Position numbers and translations under genes: made by a program. A stretch of 64,000 nucleotides of DNA from an uncultured Clostridia bacterium (GTDB taxonomy: Bacteria > Bacillota_I > Bacilli_A > RF39 > UBA660), in the NCBI GenBank assembly GCA_945871105.1, contig CAMBUO010000006.1, forward strand, positions 7,452 through 71,451, written 5' to 3'. Every line of letters begins with the position of its first letter. Position 1 is the stretch's first letter. Below the pieces are notes generated by a model, which was given only the letters and a program-made list of their open reading frames with translations, searched no databases and had not been told where the DNA came from. Positions 41,424 through 49,625 of the stretch are shown here, piece after piece.

Positions 41424-43773
41424 TATTATCATCTCCTTCTAAATAAGTTAAATCATTTTTTTCTTCTAAATAAACTAAATCCTTACCCGTTTTAAAACAT
41501 AAATCTTGATAAGAACAAAAACGACAACCTATATTTTCATTAGCTATTACTTTTGGATCAATAGAAAAATTTCCTTCGGCTATTTCCTTAAAAGCTTCTT
41601 TAATTTTTAAATCAACTATCTTAACTAAATTATCAATCGCTTCTTCACTTAAAACCTTCGTATAATGACTAAATCCTTTACTAGTTATTTTCATACTTTT
41701 AATCATTTTACTATTTTCATAAGTAGAATCAAACATCGATACTAAATAAGCATCATCAATACTATAACCCATTAATTTCAATTTATCTTCTTTTAACGAT
41801 TCATTATCTTTCTTTATATCATAATTAGTTTTTTCATGTAATATCTGCTGGAAATAAAAACCAATTATCTTTGGATTTAAAAACAAATTACTCTTTTTAA
41901 TTAAATAAGCATAGATTGGTAATTGCATATCAATTCCATATTCTAAATTAGACATATCAGTTTTAGGAGTACCTGTTTTATAATCAATTAAACTAATATA
42001 AGTATAATTATCTTTTTCTTTATACATGATTTTATCAATTATTCCCTTAAAATAATTATGATCATTTATTTCTAAATTAATAGCTTGTTCTAATTTTAAC
42101 TTATTTAAACCACTATATTCATGTTGTTTTAAAATAATTTTTATAATATCTTTTAATTCTTGTTTTAATATTTCTAAATAAAATAATTCTTTAGAACTAA
42201 ATTCTTTATCTTTTAGATAATTAGTAAATTCTAATTCAAAATCAAAGTTATTATCAAATATCTTTGATAAAATATAATGAAATAAATTACCAATAAAAAT
42301 TTTAAAAGTATCTTCATAAATATTAAGTTTTAAAATATTATCAATGTAATAACGAAAACGACAAGAATAATAATTATTTAAAGAAGTATACGATAAGTTA
42401 ATATTTGGTATATAAAAGTTATTTAAACCTGTAAAAGTATTATCATAAGTTAAATAAGGTAAATCAGGATAAGTATTATTTAAAATATCTGTATCTTCTA
42501 ACTTAGTTCCATATTTTAACATTAAATCAAAATTATTAGTTAATTTAATTTGATTATATAAATTAGAAGTTAAATTAGCAAAATTATCTTTAATTTCTTT
42601 TACATTTAATTCTTCTATTAAATTACTTGGATAATAACTTTTATAAGGATCAGTATCTTTATAAGTAATTATTAAATTATTTAAACTTTTAATTTGTTTT
42701 AAAACTTCTTGATGAGTTAATTTATTTTTTTCTAAACTCGTAAATAAACCTATTTCTTGTTTAATATTATCATTTAAATAATCTATATCTTTATAAGTAT
42801 TAGGAATATTTTCTAAATTAAAACCTAATAAAAAGATATAATTATCATTTGTTATATAAGAATCATCAAGAGTAATAATTTCTATTCCTTCATTATAAAT
42901 TGGTTCTAATAAATAAGTATTTTTTAATTCATAAACAATTAAATCATAAACTTCTAAGAAACTATTTGTAAAGTAATAATGATTTAAAATATTAAAAATA
43001 CTAGAGTAAATATCTTTATCTTGAAAATGATTTAAATAATCTAATATCTCTTCTTTTGATTTATTATCTTTAATTAAAGATAAAAGATTTTTAACCATAA
43101 CCGTTCCATAAATACTAGTTTTATTGATATTATTAATTTTTATTTTATATAAGTAACTAAAACGTTTTAAAAAATTATAATATTCACTAGTAACATTCAT
43201 TAATTTTATACTTTGAGGATTAACTCCTGATTTTATTAAAGAACTTATTTGATTAAAGATAAAACTTACTTCTTCTTCAATACCTTTAAAATGATATATA
43301 GGTATTTCTAAGTTTAAATCTTTTAATTCTAAAGAATAATAAGTTGGATTATAAAGGGAAAATATTTTTACATAAAATGGTTCTATTTCTTTGGTTTTTA
43401 AAATAATTAAATTAATATCTTGTAAATATTTTTTAAATAAAGGATCAAAGATTAATAAATCATGATTAATTAAATCTTGATAGATTTTTTTTAAATATAA
43501 GATATTTGGATGATTAGAATTATAATCTTCCATAAAAATTAAATTATTTAAAAAGATAATAGCATTTTCAACACTTAAATTATAATTTTTAACTAAATAG
43601 TAAATTGTTTCTTGATTATAATCAAAGAAATAATGTTTATTAAATTCGTTGAAAGTTAAAATTTTTACATTAATTAATTTATCTTGTTTATTTATTTCTT
43701 CTAATACTTTAGTTTTTAAGTTATTAGGAATAATTAATAAGGATTGTTCTTTTAAATTATTTAGAAAGTCCAT
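41407..43773 (-). CDS. addB: helicase-nuclease subunit B (AddB/RexB), short form
   Basis: C-terminal nuclease GIIDKIMY...LIDYKTG and the Cys cluster CRFCSYQDLC. It overlaps addA. The N-terminus lacks a Walker A motif, and 788 aa is shorter than Bacillus AddB. Confidence 0.75.
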   Translation of the reverse strand: MDFLNNLKEQSLLIIPNNLKTKVLEEINKQDKLINVKILTFNEFNKHYFFDYNQETIYYLVKNYNLSVENAIIFLNNLIFMEDYNSNHPNILYLKKIYQDLINHDLLIFDPLFKKYLQDINLIILKTKEIEPFYVKIFSLYNPTYYSLELKDLNLEIPIYHFKGIEEEVSFIFNQISSLIKSGVNPQSIKLMNVTSEYYNFLKRFSYLYKIKINNINKTSIYGTVMVKNLLSLIKDNKSKEEILDYLNHFQDKDIYSSIFNILNHYYFTNSFLEVYDLIVYELKNTYLLEPIYNEGIEIITLDDSYITNDNYIFLLGFNLENIPNTYKDIDYLNDNIKQEIGLFTSLEKNKLTHQEVLKQIKSLNNLIITYKDTDPYKSYYPSNLIEELNVKEIKDNFANLTSNLYNQIKLTNNFDLMLKYGTKLEDTDILNNTYPDLPYLTYDNTFTGLNNFYIPNINLSYTSLNNYYSCRFRYYIDNILKLNIYEDTFKIFIGNLFHYILSKIFDNNFDFELEFTNYLKDKEFSSKELFYLEILKQELKDIIKIILKQHEYSGLNKLKLEQAINLEINDHNYFKGIIDKIMYKEKDNYTYISLIDYKTGTPKTDMSNLEYGIDMQLPIYAYLIKKSNLFLNPKIIGFYFQQILHEKTNYDIKKDNESLKEDKLKLMGYSIDDAYLVSMFDSTYENSKMIKSMKITSKGFSHYTKVLSEEAIDNLVKIVDLKIKEAFKEIAEGNFSIDPKVIANENIGCRFCSYQDLCFKTGKDLVYLEEKNDLTYLEGDDNNATLD

Positions 43774-43813
43774 TTTTCACCTCTTAATCATTATATAATA
43801 AAAAGAATTAAAC

Positions 43814-44866
43814 TTAAACTGATTTTACTCTTTCTTTAGCTTTTTTTAAGTTATCTTTAATAATAAATATAGCTAATAAAATACCTGTATAAATAACAAA
43901 TAAATAGAAATTAATAAATCTTGTAATAAACATAGCACTTCCTAAAACATTTGGATTAAATAAATTTTTATAAAGTTTCATGAAAATTGCTTCACTTATA
44001 CCAACAGCACCTGGAAATGGTAAAGAAGAAACGGTTATATTTAAAACGGCTTGGGTAGTAATAAATTTAAAAATAGATGTATCGTGATATCCTAAAGATA
44101 GGTAAACAAAATAAGGAATTGAAAAAACTAAAACTATTTGTATTAAGGTTGTTACAATACATTTTAAGATTATTTTTTTATTAGTTTTTAAAATAGTAGC
44201 TGATTTAGAATATTCTTCAATTTGTAAATTAATTTTTTTCTGAAGTTCACTTGTTTTTTTATAATGAAATTTATTTAAAACTTTACCAATAATTTCTACT
44301 ATAAAAATAATTATTTGTTTAAAGAAAACTATTAAAAAATAAAGAGTACAAACTAAGATATTTAAAAATAATCCTAAAAAAACTAGATATTTAAAGTTTC
44401 CTAAAGTAGTAATTATTTGGTTATAGGAAGTAAAAAAACTAATACTTGCTAATATTATCATGACAAATTGATAAACCATTAATTTGGTAAATAAAGCAAT
44501 AGCTGAATGACTAACTGGTATTTTATCTTTGGTCATTAAGTAAAAAGCCATAGGATCACCACCTGATGAAGATGGGGTAATTGACGCAGTAAAAAAAGCT
44601 CCAACAGCATATTTATAACACTTAGAAAGTTTTATTTTGTTACCAAGCGAATTTAAAACTATTTTAATATTTAATCCTTCTAATAAATTATAAAAAAACA
44701 TACAAAGAATACCAAAAAAGATAAAAGTTTTATTTGATTTTTGAAAAATTAAGATAACATCTTTAAAAGTAGTTTCTTTAAAGATAAAATAAAAAACAAT
44801 TACAACTAAAATAACAAAAAAAATACTACTTAATAAACTTTTTTTTATAATACTATTTGCTTTCAT
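43814..44866 (-). CDS. flippase-like membrane protein (lysylphosphatidylglycerol-synthase TM-region family, UPF0104)
   Basis: Eight or more TM helices. AVGAFFTASITPSSSGGDPMAFYLM matches the family motif. Start set at the ATG at 44866, which has an AAGGATGA SD. Confidence 0.7.
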   Translation of the reverse strand: MKANSIIKKSLLSSIFFVILVVIVFYFIFKETTFKDVILIFQKSNKTFIFFGILCMFFYNLLEGLNIKIVLNSLGNKIKLSKCYKYAVGAFFTASITPSSSGGDPMAFYLMTKDKIPVSHSAIALFTKLMVYQFVMIILASISFFTSYNQIITTLGNFKYLVFLGLFLNILVCTLYFLIVFFKQIIIFIVEIIGKVLNKFHYKKTSELQKKINLQIEEYSKSATILKTNKKIILKCIVTTLIQIVLVFSIPYFVYLSLGYHDTSIFKFITTQAVLNITVSSLPFPGAVGISEAIFMKLYKNLFNPNVLGSAMFITRFINFYLFVIYTGILLAIFIIKDNLKKAKERVKSV

Positions 44867-44971
44867 AACATCATCCTTATAAATATAATTTATTATAAAC
44901 ATTTAAAGTGACTTTTAAATGACTATTTCCTTTATCATCATATCATATTTTTAAGAAAAAGAGAAATATTT

Positions 44972-45007
44972 TTAGAAAAAAGAAAAAACCTTGAAAATCA
45001 AGGTTTT
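44972..45007 (-). terminator. strong Rho-independent terminator with no CDS upstream of it
   Basis: Minus strand AAAACCTTG-attTt-CAAGGTTTT followed by TTCTTTTTTC. It lies about 105 nt upstream of the flippase-like gene start. Confidence 0.65.
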
Positions 45008-45141
45008 AAATACAATATTGGTGCCTTTGTAGAAGAATTCGAATAACTTTTCTTACAAACATTAATAGGTAGTAGTAATTTACTAGCTAATACAAGTATA
45101 TCACAACTTTATAAAATTGTTACATTTTTTTACTTGTTCGC

Positions 45142-45170
45142 TTGTTTTTATATTTATTTGATAGTATACT
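45142..45170 (+). promoter_or_regulatory. promoter of the candidate type I toxin mRNA
   Basis: TTGTTT (45142-45147), 17 nt, TATACT (45165-45170). Predicted start is near A45177/G45178. Confidence 0.5.
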
Positions 45171-45233
45171 TTTTATAGGGAATATCAGTTGTTGAGTGTC
45201 TACCTCTAATCTTTATAGAGAGGAGGTTTGATA

Positions 45234-45329
45234 ATGATGAAGAAAAGAAACTTTGTAATCAAAGTTCTTCGATACATTACTATCATTTTATTTCTCCTTA
45301 TCATTATGATAGTAGTAATAAAAAAATGA
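45234..45329 (+). CDS. candidate type I toxin: 31-aa basic/hydrophobic single-TM peptide
   Basis: GAGAGGAGG SD (45218-45226) lies 7 nt before ATGATG. The ORF gives MMKKRNFVIKVLRYITIILFLLIIMIVVIKK, ending at TGA. It is absent from the ORF track because of its size. The RNA context is described in the findings. Confidence 0.6.
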   Translation: MMKKRNFVIKVLRYITIILFLLIIMIVVIKK

Positions 45330-45438
45330 CACTTAATTCGCATTTGAATTAAATGTCGTCCAAATAATTTTGGGTAGACATTCAACATTGCTAAACTGAA
45401 TGTTCCCTTTTTTATTTTATGCGATTATTTCTGCTTAC
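45317..45438 (-). ncRNA. candidate antisense antitoxin sRNA (about 120 nt) convergent with the toxin mRNA
   Basis: It starts about 7 nt after a near-consensus promoter. It ends at the hairpin GACATTTAATTC-aaatgc-GAATTAAGTGTC (45357-45328), which has 12 bp on this strand only, followed by ATTTTTTTATT. It is fully complementary to the toxin 3' UTR and the last toxin codons. Confidence 0.5.
45372..45417 (+). terminator. Rho-independent terminator of the toxin mRNA
   Basis: GGG-(TA bulge)-GACATTCA, 12-nt loop, TGAATGTT-CCC (45372-45407), followed by TTTTTTATTTT. Confidence 0.6.
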
Positions 45439-45444
45439 ATACTA

Positions 45445-45473
45445 ATATTATCATAAAAACATTGTTTTGTCAA
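45445..45473 (-). promoter_or_regulatory. promoter of the antisense sRNA
   Basis: Minus strand TTGACA (45473-45468), 17 nt, TAATAT (45450-45445), with a TGn extended -10. Confidence 0.6.
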
Positions 45474-45487
45474 AATTTTTTCTGCAA

Positions 45488-45772
45488 TTATTTCACTTTT
45501 AAACAAGTTTCTATCATACTTACAATTACATTATTAAACGAAGTATCATTTTCTTTTGCTATTTTTTCAATCTCTTTAACCAAACTTTCCTTTATGTCAT
45601 CACATTCATCAAACATTAAATAATCAATATTATTAATTTTAATAATATGTAGTTTTACATAAGCAATATTAGTACCTTTAATATTCTTAATATTTCCATT
45701 TGTGATAGTAGGTTTAACACAGGCAAACTTACATATCATCTCAACTTTCTTAAATAACAAAAAAACTAACAT
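45488..45772 (-). CDS. hypothetical small protein (83-94 aa), possibly with a C-terminal ribbon-helix-helix-like fold
   Basis: ORF directly downstream of tRNA-Ala. The C-terminus YLMFDECDDIKESLVKEIEKIAKENDTSFNNVIVSMIETCLK has a strand-helix-helix pattern like CopG/Arc proteins. The start is ambiguous (ATG at 45772 or 45739) and neither has a good SD. Confidence 0.4.
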   Translation of the reverse strand: MLVFLLFKKVEMICKFACVKPTITNGNIKNIKGTNIAYVKLHIIKINNIDYLMFDECDDIKESLVKEIEKIAKENDTSFNNVIVSMIETCLKVK

Positions 45773-45828
45773 TTCTGTTAGTAATTTATTACTCTCTAAA
45801 CTTTAAAAGTTCGAGTTTCCTATCAATA

Positions 45829-45904
45829 TGGTGGAGCATAGCGGGATCGAACCGCTGACCTTCACGGTGCAAACGTGACGCTCTCCCAGCTGAGCTAATG
45901 CCCC
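45829..45904 (-). tRNA. tRNA-Ala (anticodon UGC)
   Basis: Reverse complement GGGGCATTAGCTCAGCTGGGAGAGCGTCACGTTTGCACCGTGAAGGTCAGCGGTTCGATCCCGCTATGCTCCACCA. It folds as a cloverleaf with a G3:U70 pair, anticodon loop TTTGCAC, T-loop GGTTCGATCC and an encoded CCA. Confidence 0.95.
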
Positions 45905-45957
45905 AAAAATATAATTCTTTTGTCAAACGACATATAGAATTATATTATAAATTGTTG

Positions 45958-47247
45958 TTAATTGTCAATATGTTTTTGTAAAAAAGTTGGTAAATCTATC
46001 ATTTTTACTTCTGTTTCTTCTTTAGTTTGCATATTTTTAACTTTTAAAAGACCTGAAGTTACTTCGTTACTACCAATAATACTAATAAATTTTATTTTTT
46101 CAGCTTCAGCATATTCAAAACATTTACCTACTTTTTTCTTATTCATTTCAATTAAAACTTTTATATTATTATTTCTTAATTCGGTTGCTAATTTTAAACA
46201 TTCTATATTAGTATCAAGTGGTACTAGATAAATATCCATAATAGATTCATCTTGATATTCATTTTTTAATATTTCATAAATTGGTTCTAGTCCAAAGGAT
46301 AAACCAACAGCTGGGTAAGAATTACCATTATTCATGAAATCTGTAATGATTTTATTATATCTTCCCCCGGCTCCAAGAGCTCCGGTTATTCTTAATTTAG
46401 TATCATAAAATTCAAAGACTACTCCGGTATAAATAGTTAAACCACGAGCTAAAGTTGGTGTAAACTTACATTTATCTAAAATATCTAAAGATTCTAAATA
46501 AGTATCTAATTCATTTAATTCGTCTAAGCCTTCTTTAATTAAAGAATTAGTTGTATCTTTAAACATTTCCTTAAATTCTTCTTTTTGATACGTAAATAAT
46601 TTTAATAATTTAGTAATACTATCTTTAGTAATATCTAAGTTTTCTAGCATTTCGATTAATTCTTCTTGACTAATCTTTTCAAGTTTATCAATTACGCCAA
46701 TGGTTGCTACTATTTTATCTTCAGGAATACCACTTTCAATAATTAAACCTGACATTAATTTACGATTATTATATTTAACAAGAACATCTATTCCTAAATC
46801 TTTATAAGTATTAATGGCCATTAAAATTTGTTCTGCTTCAATATAACGATTATCAATACCAACAACATCAATATCACATTGATAAAATTCTCTTGTTCTT
46901 CCTAATTTAACGGGACCATTACGAAATACTCTTCCTATTTCATAACGACGAAAAGGCATTTTTAAATCTTTATTTAAACCAATTACTTTACAAAAAGGAA
47001 CAGTTAAATCATAACGAAGTCCAAGATTTCTATCACCTTGATCTTTTAATTTATAAATTTCACTTAATATTTCAGCATCTGAATCATATTTATAAGCTAA
47101 TAAATCATAATAATTTAAAATAGGTGTTTCAATTGGTAAATAACCGTATTTTTCAAAGTTCTTTTTTAAAATATCAACTATTTTATTACGAATAATTTGA
47201 TCTTTTGGTAAAAAGTCATTTGTTCCCTTTAAATTCATTAATTTCAT
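45958..47247 (-). CDS. hisS: histidine--tRNA ligase
   Basis: GTNDFLP, GLRYDLTVPF, and class II motif 2 RRYEIGRVFRNGPVKLGRTREFYQCDIDVVG. 429 aa, with a C-terminal anticodon-binding domain. Confidence 0.88.
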   Translation of the reverse strand: MKLMNLKGTNDFLPKDQIIRNKIVDILKKNFEKYGYLPIETPILNYYDLLAYKYDSDAEILSEIYKLKDQGDRNLGLRYDLTVPFCKVIGLNKDLKMPFRRYEIGRVFRNGPVKLGRTREFYQCDIDVVGIDNRYIEAEQILMAINTYKDLGIDVLVKYNNRKLMSGLIIESGIPEDKIVATIGVIDKLEKISQEELIEMLENLDITKDSITKLLKLFTYQKEEFKEMFKDTTNSLIKEGLDELNELDTYLESLDILDKCKFTPTLARGLTIYTGVVFEFYDTKLRITGALGAGGRYNKIITDFMNNGNSYPAVGLSFGLEPIYEILKNEYQDESIMDIYLVPLDTNIECLKLATELRNNNIKVLIEMNKKKVGKCFEYAEAEKIKFISIIGSNEVTSGLLKVKNMQTKEETEVKMIDLPTFLQKHIDN

Positions 47248-47255
47248 AAAACCTC

Positions 47256-49625
47256 CTATTTATCACGAACTGTACAATTTAATTTACTTGTTACATCATT
47301 TATTATTTTATTAAATACTTGCATTACTTCTTCATCACTTAAAGTCTTGCTATCATCTTTGAATGTTAAAGTATAAGCAATTGATTTTTCATTTTCTTTA
47401 ACATTTTCCCCAGTATAAACATCAAATACTTCTATTTGATTTAACATACGTCCACCTGCTTTTTTAATTAAAGTTGTTATATCACCATTTAAAATATTTT
47501 TATTAACAACAAAAGCAACATCTTTAACAATACTTGGATATTTAGAAATATCTTTATATGTCATTTTAGATGGATGTAGAGATAATAATTTATCTAAATC
47601 TATTTCAAAGACAAATATATCTTTTTTCGTAACATTTGGATGTAATTTACCAATTATACCGATGTTATTACCTTGAATATTAATTAAAGCACTAACACCG
47701 GGATGTAATTCCGAAGGCACATTACCAGTTATAAAACTATATCTACCATTAAATCCTAAGTAATCTAATAATTCTTCAACAATTCCTTTTAAGATATAGA
47801 AATCTACTTTTGTCTTTTTAATGTCTAAATAATAATTGCCTGATAATAACACAGCTAAATTTAATTTTTCTTTATATTCATTATTTTCTTTATAGAATGA
47901 TTTTCCTATTTCAAATATTGATATATCTGAATTATTTCTAGCATTATTATATTCAAATACCTCTTTTAAAGAATATAATAAACTATATCTTAAAGTATTT
48001 CTATCTTCACTCATAGGATCAGCTAACATTATTTCTTCAAAAGTATCCGTTGTAAATTTATGTACTTCACTTTGCGGTATTAAAGAATAAGTTAAAGTTT
48101 CATTTAAGCCAAGACTTGCTAATTTATTTTTTATTTCTCTTTTTACTTTATTATATTTACCAAGTTTTAATGGTAATTCTGGTAATTTACCTTGAATTTT
48201 ATCTATTCCATAAATTCTTCCAATTTCTTCAATTAAATCTTCTTCTATTTTAATATCTAATCTTCTTGTTGGAACAGTTACTATAACAATATCTTCTTTT
48301 TCTAAAGTTTTAAATCCTAAAGCTTTAAGAATAGAAACAATTTCATCTTTTGGTATTTCGATACCTAATACTTTATTAACTTTTTCATATCGAACTTCAA
48401 TTACTTTTTCATCCTTATCTACTGTATCATGTATTAACATACCTCCAACAATTTCCGCATCAGCATATTTTTCTAATAAAGCACAACTTCTTTCAATAGC
48501 CATATAAGTTCTTTTAGGATCTAATCCTTTTTCAAAGCGATTTGAGGCTTCACTTCTTAAGATTTTTTTTGAAGTTTTTCTTATTTTTATACTATCAAAT
48601 ATAGCTGATTCGATAATAATATCTTTAGTATCATTTTCAATTTCCGTTGACAAACCACCCATTACTCCGGCTAGACCAACAGCTTCATTTTTATTGGCTA
48701 TTACAATATCATTTTCGTTTAAATTTCTTTCATTGCCATCTAAAGTAACTAATTTTTCATTGCAGTTTGCATTTCTAACGATTAAAGTATCTCCTAAGCG
48801 ATTAGCATCATAATAATGTAGAGGTTGTCCGGTTTCTAACATAACATAATTTGAAATATCAACAACATTATTAATTGGTCTTATACCTGATGCTATTAAT
48901 CTATTTTTGATAAATTTTGGACTTTCTTTAATTACAACATTTTTAACTTTTTTAGCTAAAAATAAAGGACAATCAGTTGTTTTTATTTCTATTTTAAATT
49001 CATCTTTTATATTTTCTTTATTTTCTTTATAAGTTAAATCGATATCTTTAACATCTTTTTTATAAATTGCTCCTAATTCATAAGCCATACCAAGAATACT
49101 TAGTAAATCCCCTCTATTTGAGGTTAATTCAAAGTCAATTACTTCATCATCTAATTCTAAAGCTTTAATTGGATCAGTTCCAACTTTGGTATCTAATGGT
49201 AATTCATGTATTCCTTCAATATCTTTTGGTTCTAAGAATTTATTATCTAAACCTAATTCTTTAATTGAACATAACATTCCATTAGATTCAACACCTCTAA
49301 TTACTCCTTTTTTAATTTCTCCACCTGGCAATACTGCCCCTGGTAAAGCAACTATTACTTTAATTCCTTCCCTGACATTGGGTGCTCCACAGACAATATT
49401 TAAAACTTCACTTCCAATATCAACTTTACAAACATGTAAATGATCACTATCTTTGTGATTAACACATTCTAAAACTTTACCGACAATTAAATTAGTACAA
49501 TTAATAAGAGGTCCTGCACTATCATATTCATTACCAACACTTGTCATATCATCAGCAATTTGTTTGATTGATAATTCTTTGGGTAAGTCAATATAATCAC
49601 TTACGAATTTTTTACTTAGTAACAT
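47256..49625 (-). CDS. pheT: phenylalanine--tRNA ligase beta subunit
   Basis: N-terminal tRNA-binding OB fold (GKVLECVNHKDSDHLHVCKVDIG), B3/4 and B5 regions, and a C-terminal FDX-ACB domain. It shares an ATGA-type junction with pheS. Confidence 0.92.
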   Translation of the reverse strand: MLLSKKFVSDYIDLPKELSIKQIADDMTSVGNEYDSAGPLINCTNLIVGKVLECVNHKDSDHLHVCKVDIGSEVLNIVCGAPNVREGIKVIVALPGAVLPGGEIKKGVIRGVESNGMLCSIKELGLDNKFLEPKDIEGIHELPLDTKVGTDPIKALELDDEVIDFELTSNRGDLLSILGMAYELGAIYKKDVKDIDLTYKENKENIKDEFKIEIKTTDCPLFLAKKVKNVVIKESPKFIKNRLIASGIRPINNVVDISNYVMLETGQPLHYYDANRLGDTLIVRNANCNEKLVTLDGNERNLNENDIVIANKNEAVGLAGVMGGLSTEIENDTKDIIIESAIFDSIKIRKTSKKILRSEASNRFEKGLDPKRTYMAIERSCALLEKYADAEIVGGMLIHDTVDKDEKVIEVRYEKVNKVLGIEIPKDEIVSILKALGFKTLEKEDIVIVTVPTRRLDIKIEEDLIEEIGRIYGIDKIQGKLPELPLKLGKYNKVKREIKNKLASLGLNETLTYSLIPQSEVHKFTTDTFEEIMLADPMSEDRNTLRYSLLYSLKEVFEYNNARNNSDISIFEIGKSFYKENNEYKEKLNLAVLLSGNYYLDIKKTKVDFYILKGIVEELLDYLGFNGRYSFITGNVPSELHPGVSALINIQGNNIGIIGKLHPNVTKKDIFVFEIDLDKLLSLHPSKMTYKDISKYPSIVKDVAFVVNKNILNGDITTLIKKAGGRMLNQIEVFDVYTGENVKENEKSIAYTLTFKDDSKTLSDEEVMQVFNKIINDVTSKLNCTVRDK

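Noticed and set aside
45206-45388. 60-aa minus-strand ORF (MLNVYPKLFGRHLIQMRIK...) in the tRNA-Ala/flippase spacer.
   Set aside because: It has no SD and is the antisense reading of the small toxin ORF and its UTR. The promoter, hairpin and terminator layout fits a non-coding antisense RNA and a plus-strand 31-aa ORF with a strong SD much better.
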